From positions 1 through 62,171 of the forward strand of contig JAUZOH010000001.1 in NCBI GenBank assembly GCA_030706565.1: 62,171 nucleotides of DNA. The letters run 5' to 3'. Positions 58,649 to 62,171 of this stretch are shown here, one piece after another. Both the position numbers and the translations under genes were made by a program. The DNA is from Bacteroidota bacterium (GTDB lineage: Bacteria; Bacteroidota; Bacteroidia; Bacteroidales; JAUZOH01). Below the pieces are notes generated by a model. It was given only the letters and a program-made list of their open reading frames with translations, was not told the origin of the DNA and searched no databases. How positions within the stretch are numbered: the first letter of the stretch is position 1; each line of letters opens with the position of its first letter.

Positions 58649-59215
58649 ATGAGCAAAGACTTAAAAACAGAAAAAAAAGTCAAAGGGATATTGACAAATA
58701 TGCCAGAGCAAAATCGTATGCAAGGAGATTTCTTAGACAATGAATTCTGTTTAAAATTTTATCAGTTAGCATTTCCCAAAGAGCTAGTTGATAAAGTGAT
58801 AAGAAGTTATGAAGTTGTAATAAATAAGAGAAATATACATGTCGATTTAGAGAATCCTATCGGGGAAAAATACATTTGTGATAGAAACTTTGAAAATGAT
58901 AATATTGATGTATCATTCAGTTTTGCAATTGACTTTGAGAATATAAAGGAAGCCTGGGATATAGTATCTTTAAAAACCATTCAAAACTACAACAACTTGG
59001 ATACGACTTACTACACAAAAATACTGCGAGTTGAAATACAACCATATGTTTCCGATGACTATCCCAATATTTTAAGACATATGCAAAAGATTAAAGCCAA
59101 CTGCTTATATATTCGAGAGTATACTGGAAAAGGACTTGACAAACAAAAATTTATTCAGATATTTAACCATCAGGGTATTAGCGTAGTTTTTGAGAGACAA
59201 TTAAATGAAGAATAG
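58649..59215 (+). CDS. Hypothetical protein (single-gene AT-rich cassette)
   Basis: 188 aa from the ATG (track ORF starts at TTG 58640). Hairpin repeat copy C follows. The RVEIQPYVSDDYPNILRHMQK segment is faintly PD-(D/E)xK-like. Confidence 0.45.
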   Translation: MSKDLKTEKKVKGILTNMPEQNRMQGDFLDNEFCLKFYQLAFPKELVDKVIRSYEVVINKRNIHVDLENPIGEKYICDRNFENDNIDVSFSFAIDFENIKEAWDIVSLKTIQNYNNLDTTYYTKILRVEIQPYVSDDYPNILRHMQKIKANCLYIREYTGKGLDKQKFIQIFNHQGISVVFERQLNEE

Positions 59216-59228
59216 AAAGCCTATTGCA

Positions 59229-59278
59229 AATAATAAGACTCTGAGCGGTCTGAAAGACCCTGCAATGAGTCTATATTG
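59229..59278. repeat. Cassette-end hairpin repeat, copy C (diverged)
   Basis: aaataataaGACTCTGAGCGGTCTGAAAGACCCTGCAATGAGTCTatattg. Similarity to the copy A flank continues for ~40 more nt. Confidence 0.75.
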
Positions 59279-59681
59279 AACTATAAACGCTGGGTTATGA
59301 ATCATAACTTATTGATAATAAACAAAATTATTTTGGAAAAATCAGTTATTAAAAATTTTAGTAGACACATACTGATATTGGAATTTGATTTGAAGGTATG
59401 TTAAGAATAAAGAAAAATTCTTTAGTTGAAACGAAACTACAAGTTTACAACACATTTTTCAAATCAGTCAAGATTTTTTAGCAAGGGTTGCACAACGCAT
59501 TCATTCAACCAAAAAAATTGGCAAAGTACCTAAACAAATTATTATCATACCACTATTTCAATTTACACAAATAAATAATAAATTTATTTACAGTTTTAAA
59601 AAAATATTATGTATATTTGTATGAAAAAAATTCCCTTTGCCAGAAGGGAATTTTATAAGTATTAATTTAAATTTCAAAATT

Positions 59682-60296
59682 ATGAACAAAAGTACACATT
59701 TATTTGACACTTCGAAATATATCCGAAGAAATTTGCCAGAGCAAATAGATTTTTTAGAATCTTTAAAAAATGAATTACCTTTTTTCCGAGAAATATTAGA
59801 AAAGGGTTATTCAATGACAATTGAAGAACGCAAAAATAAAGAAAAGAGTTTCCTTGATAAAAATTGGGAAGCTATAACTATGAGTGGGAATATAAAAGGA
59901 TTATTATGTAGAGAATATCCAGAGAATATTAAAATAGATAAGAATGGTAGATTTTATTTCGAAAAAAGTTCAAGATATTTTATTTACTTTAAAAAGTTAA
60001 ATAGAGATTATCTGCCATCAAATATAAGTACCGAATACACACAAAAATTATATGGTCAATATGCATTACCAAGTGAAAAGCCAACACCAATTGTATTCGT
60101 TGGCTACCAAGTAGATAATTCTTGGGAAAATTTAATTGGCTGTTATGCTATAAGTGTAAAAAATGAAGAGAAACTTTGGATAAGTGATTTGCCAAAAATT
60201 GACAATATAAATTTAAAATATTTTGGCACTGAAACTATAATTCAAACTGATGATTTATCTTCTATGTTAAAAATTAGACAAAATAAATCTTTATAA
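59682..60296 (+). CDS. Hypothetical protein upstream of the HTH-ImmA/IrrE gene
   Basis: 204 aa from the ATG (MNKSTHLFDTSKY...), with a 27-nt gap to the next gene. Confidence 0.45.
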   Translation: MNKSTHLFDTSKYIRRNLPEQIDFLESLKNELPFFREILEKGYSMTIEERKNKEKSFLDKNWEAITMSGNIKGLLCREYPENIKIDKNGRFYFEKSSRYFIYFKKLNRDYLPSNISTEYTQKLYGQYALPSEKPTPIVFVGYQVDNSWENLIGCYAISVKNEEKLWISDLPKIDNINLKYFGTETIIQTDDLSSMLKIRQNKSL

Positions 60297-60323
60297 AATT
60301 AAAAAATAATTGCTTTCATTTTT

Positions 60324-61385
60324 ATGAAGGGAAAGATAAATTATAAAATGATTACATTGGCAAGAGAAAGTAGGGGTATAACTCAATCTAATCTTGCCAA
60401 AAAGATTTCCAACCTAACTCAAGGAAACCTATCTCGGATAGAAATGGGAATTCTTCCGATAAATGAAACAACACTATTATCTATTGCTAATTTATTAAAC
60501 TATCCTATAGATTTTTTTTATAAAAGGGAAATACAAACTCCAATAAGTAATTTTTATTACAGGAAAAGGATTATGATACCCAAAAGAGTCCTATCACAAA
60601 TAGAGGCACAAATGGACATTGTAAGGCTATCTATCGATGAATTGATGAATTCTATTGAATTGCCGGATTTTAATTTCCCACAAATTGACATTTCCTTTAA
60701 AGGAGACCCTGCAGATGCTGCAAGAAAGATTCGAGATTACCTTAAATTGCCCAAAGGGCCAATAATTAATATTGTTAACATTTTTGAAAAACATGGAATT
60801 ATTGTCTATTTTATAGATACTAATTGCGAAAAGTTTGATGGCATTACATTATTTACTGACAAAAACCAACCCATTATTTTTATAGACAAAAAAATACCTA
60901 ATGATAGAAAAAGATTTACACTTGGACATGAACTTGGCCATCTTGTAATGCATATTCCATTTGTTATTGATAATTTTCGTAATGAAGAAGAAGAAGCAAA
61001 TTCATTTTCTTCGGAATTTAACATGCCTTATTTAGAATGTAGAAATGATATAATTAATTTAAAATACAATGATTTAGGAAAATTAAAAAGCTATTGGAAA
61101 CTTTCAAAAGCAGCTATTATTGTAAGAGCGAAACAATTAAAGCTTATTACAGAAGAAAAATATAAATATCTAATGATTGAACTAGGCCGAAGAGGAGAAA
61201 GAAAGCATGAATCAGGTTTGGATGTAGATATAGATGAACCAACTTTAATACCTCAAATGATTAAAATATTTAAAAATAATCTTAATTATAATACAGAAGA
61301 AATCTCTGCAATACTAGGCTTAAGTATATCAGATTTTAATATGTATTTTGATAATAATTATAGAAAAATGCGAATAGTAATTTAA
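60324..61385 (+). CDS. XRE-HTH + ImmA/IrrE (M78) metallopeptidase fusion
   Basis: The N-terminus reads ITLARESRGITQSNLAKKISNLTQGNLSRIEMG (HTH). The central region has RFTLGHELGHLVMH ... EEEEANSFSSEFNMP (HExxH + E..A..F). Confidence 0.8.
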   Translation: MKGKINYKMITLARESRGITQSNLAKKISNLTQGNLSRIEMGILPINETTLLSIANLLNYPIDFFYKREIQTPISNFYYRKRIMIPKRVLSQIEAQMDIVRLSIDELMNSIELPDFNFPQIDISFKGDPADAARKIRDYLKLPKGPIINIVNIFEKHGIIVYFIDTNCEKFDGITLFTDKNQPIIFIDKKIPNDRKRFTLGHELGHLVMHIPFVIDNFRNEEEEANSFSSEFNMPYLECRNDIINLKYNDLGKLKSYWKLSKAAIIVRAKQLKLITEEKYKYLMIELGRRGERKHESGLDVDIDEPTLIPQMIKIFKNNLNYNTEEISAILGLSISDFNMYFDNNYRKMRIVI

Positions 61386-61954
61386 CGGCTCAAACCATTA
61401 TAGTGCTGCAGAAAGTCGCTTAACGTTCATTAAATGAACAAAACTTGTGTTCCATCACAAGTAGCCTACGGACACGTTATAGAACAAAATACTACCTAGA
61501 TTATTGCTTATGTAGAATGGGCAGACGGAGATTCCGTTGCGTCTCATATTGCAATAGGTGGTGACTATTTTTGCACCAACGACAAAGCTATTTCGGGTGG
61601 TGTAAAATCTGTTTTTACGGAAAACAATTTGACTATTTTAAAAAATGAATATGGTTTTAAAACAATTTCACCGACAGAACTATCAAACTTATTAAAGACA
61701 AATTGAAAAAGCACAGCCCATAATCGAATTCTAAGACTAAAACAAACTTAATAGAATAAATTTTATAAATTTGTAATACCGAACGACGACTGAAGGCGAT
61801 TTTTAAACCGAAAGTCAAGTCAAATCTTCAAAATCGCTCATTATCTTTGGTATAATATTAAATTCCTTTTACAAATTGTAAGGTCAAAAGATTTATTCTA
61901 AGGTTATATGGAATGATGGTTTCCTGGTGGTGACCTATTCAGTTCATGGATAGT

Positions 61955-62171
61955 TCATGATTTTTCAATTATTTCCCAATGACCTCTTAATTTGGGACCT
62001 TTTCGTACAATTATCCCTGCATCTTTTAATTTAGCCAGATAGTTTTCTACTGTTCTTGGTGTTTTACCTATTTCATTTGCAATTTGTTGTGAGCTAAATT
62101 CTGGATGATTAAGAATAATATCAAAAGTTATGGCTATTTCTTTTCCGAAATCTTTCCGAAATCTTTCCGAA
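61955..62171 (-). CDS. Partial CDS (C-terminal winged-HTH of an AlbA_2/HATPase_c_4-type regulator), truncated by the window end
   Basis: Minus-strand translation gives ...ILNHPEFSSQQIANEIGKTPRTVENYLAKLKDAGIIVRKGPKLRGHWEIIEKS*, a paralogue of the wHTH at 27797-28024. Confidence 0.5.
   Translation of the reverse strand, partial: SERFRKDFGKEIAITFDIILNHPEFSSQQIANEIGKTPRTVENYLAKLKDAGIIVRKGPKLRGHWEIIEKS

Noticed and set aside
61500-61706. Open frame ...IIAYVEWADGDSVASHIAIGGDYFCTNDKAISGGVKSVFTENNLTILKNEYGFKTISPTELSNLLKTN*
   Set aside because: It has no start codon and an in-frame stop just upstream. It is probably the C-terminal remnant of an unidentified gene, and the evidence is too weak to call it a feature.

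Overview
Low-GC (about 30-35% by eye, with ~50% GC islands) Bacteroidota-type mobile replicon segment. The simplest reading is a conjugative plasmid or a plasmid-like ICE. Backbone: a Bacteroidetes-type tra operon traE/F/G/I/J/K/M/N on the minus strand (2083-8923); a MOB module with accessory protein, relaxase and VirD4-like coupling protein (47082-50915); an iteron replicon (Rep 52308-53381 plus 14 same-orientation ~19-bp iterons, 51335-52301); and ParA plus a partner (54805-56206). Cargo: (i) very AT-rich plus-strand cassettes, three of them followed by the same conserved hairpin repeat. These are an ImmA/IrrE-like peptidase plus a 921-aa SIR2-domain protein (10009-13860, the best candidate for a new defence module), a 3-gene cassette with a SecB-like chaperone (17623-18884), and a single-gene cassette (58649-59215). 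An unknown + HTH-ImmA/IrrE pair (59682-61385) lies nearby. (ii) Several type II TA loci, two of them decayed (higB amber codon, orphan higA). (iii) A radical-SAM/SPASM RiPP operon with a Cys-free GG-leader precursor and a C39-ABC/HlyD exporter (21015-27328). (iv) A surface/toxin block (28877-46823): a 1706-aa T9SS repeat adhesin, a 2153-aa FG-GAP/RHS polymorphic toxin, and OmpA-like and T9SS-CTD proteins. Mobile debris: an intact IS21 with a 6-bp target duplication (14616-17376) and fragments of IS982-, IS91-, IS66- and IS3-like transposase genes. No rRNA, tRNA or CRISPR array was seen. Family names rest on motif recognition and synteny only, because no searches were run. Hand-located coordinates (repeats, internal starts, pseudogenes) may be off by 1-3 nt.
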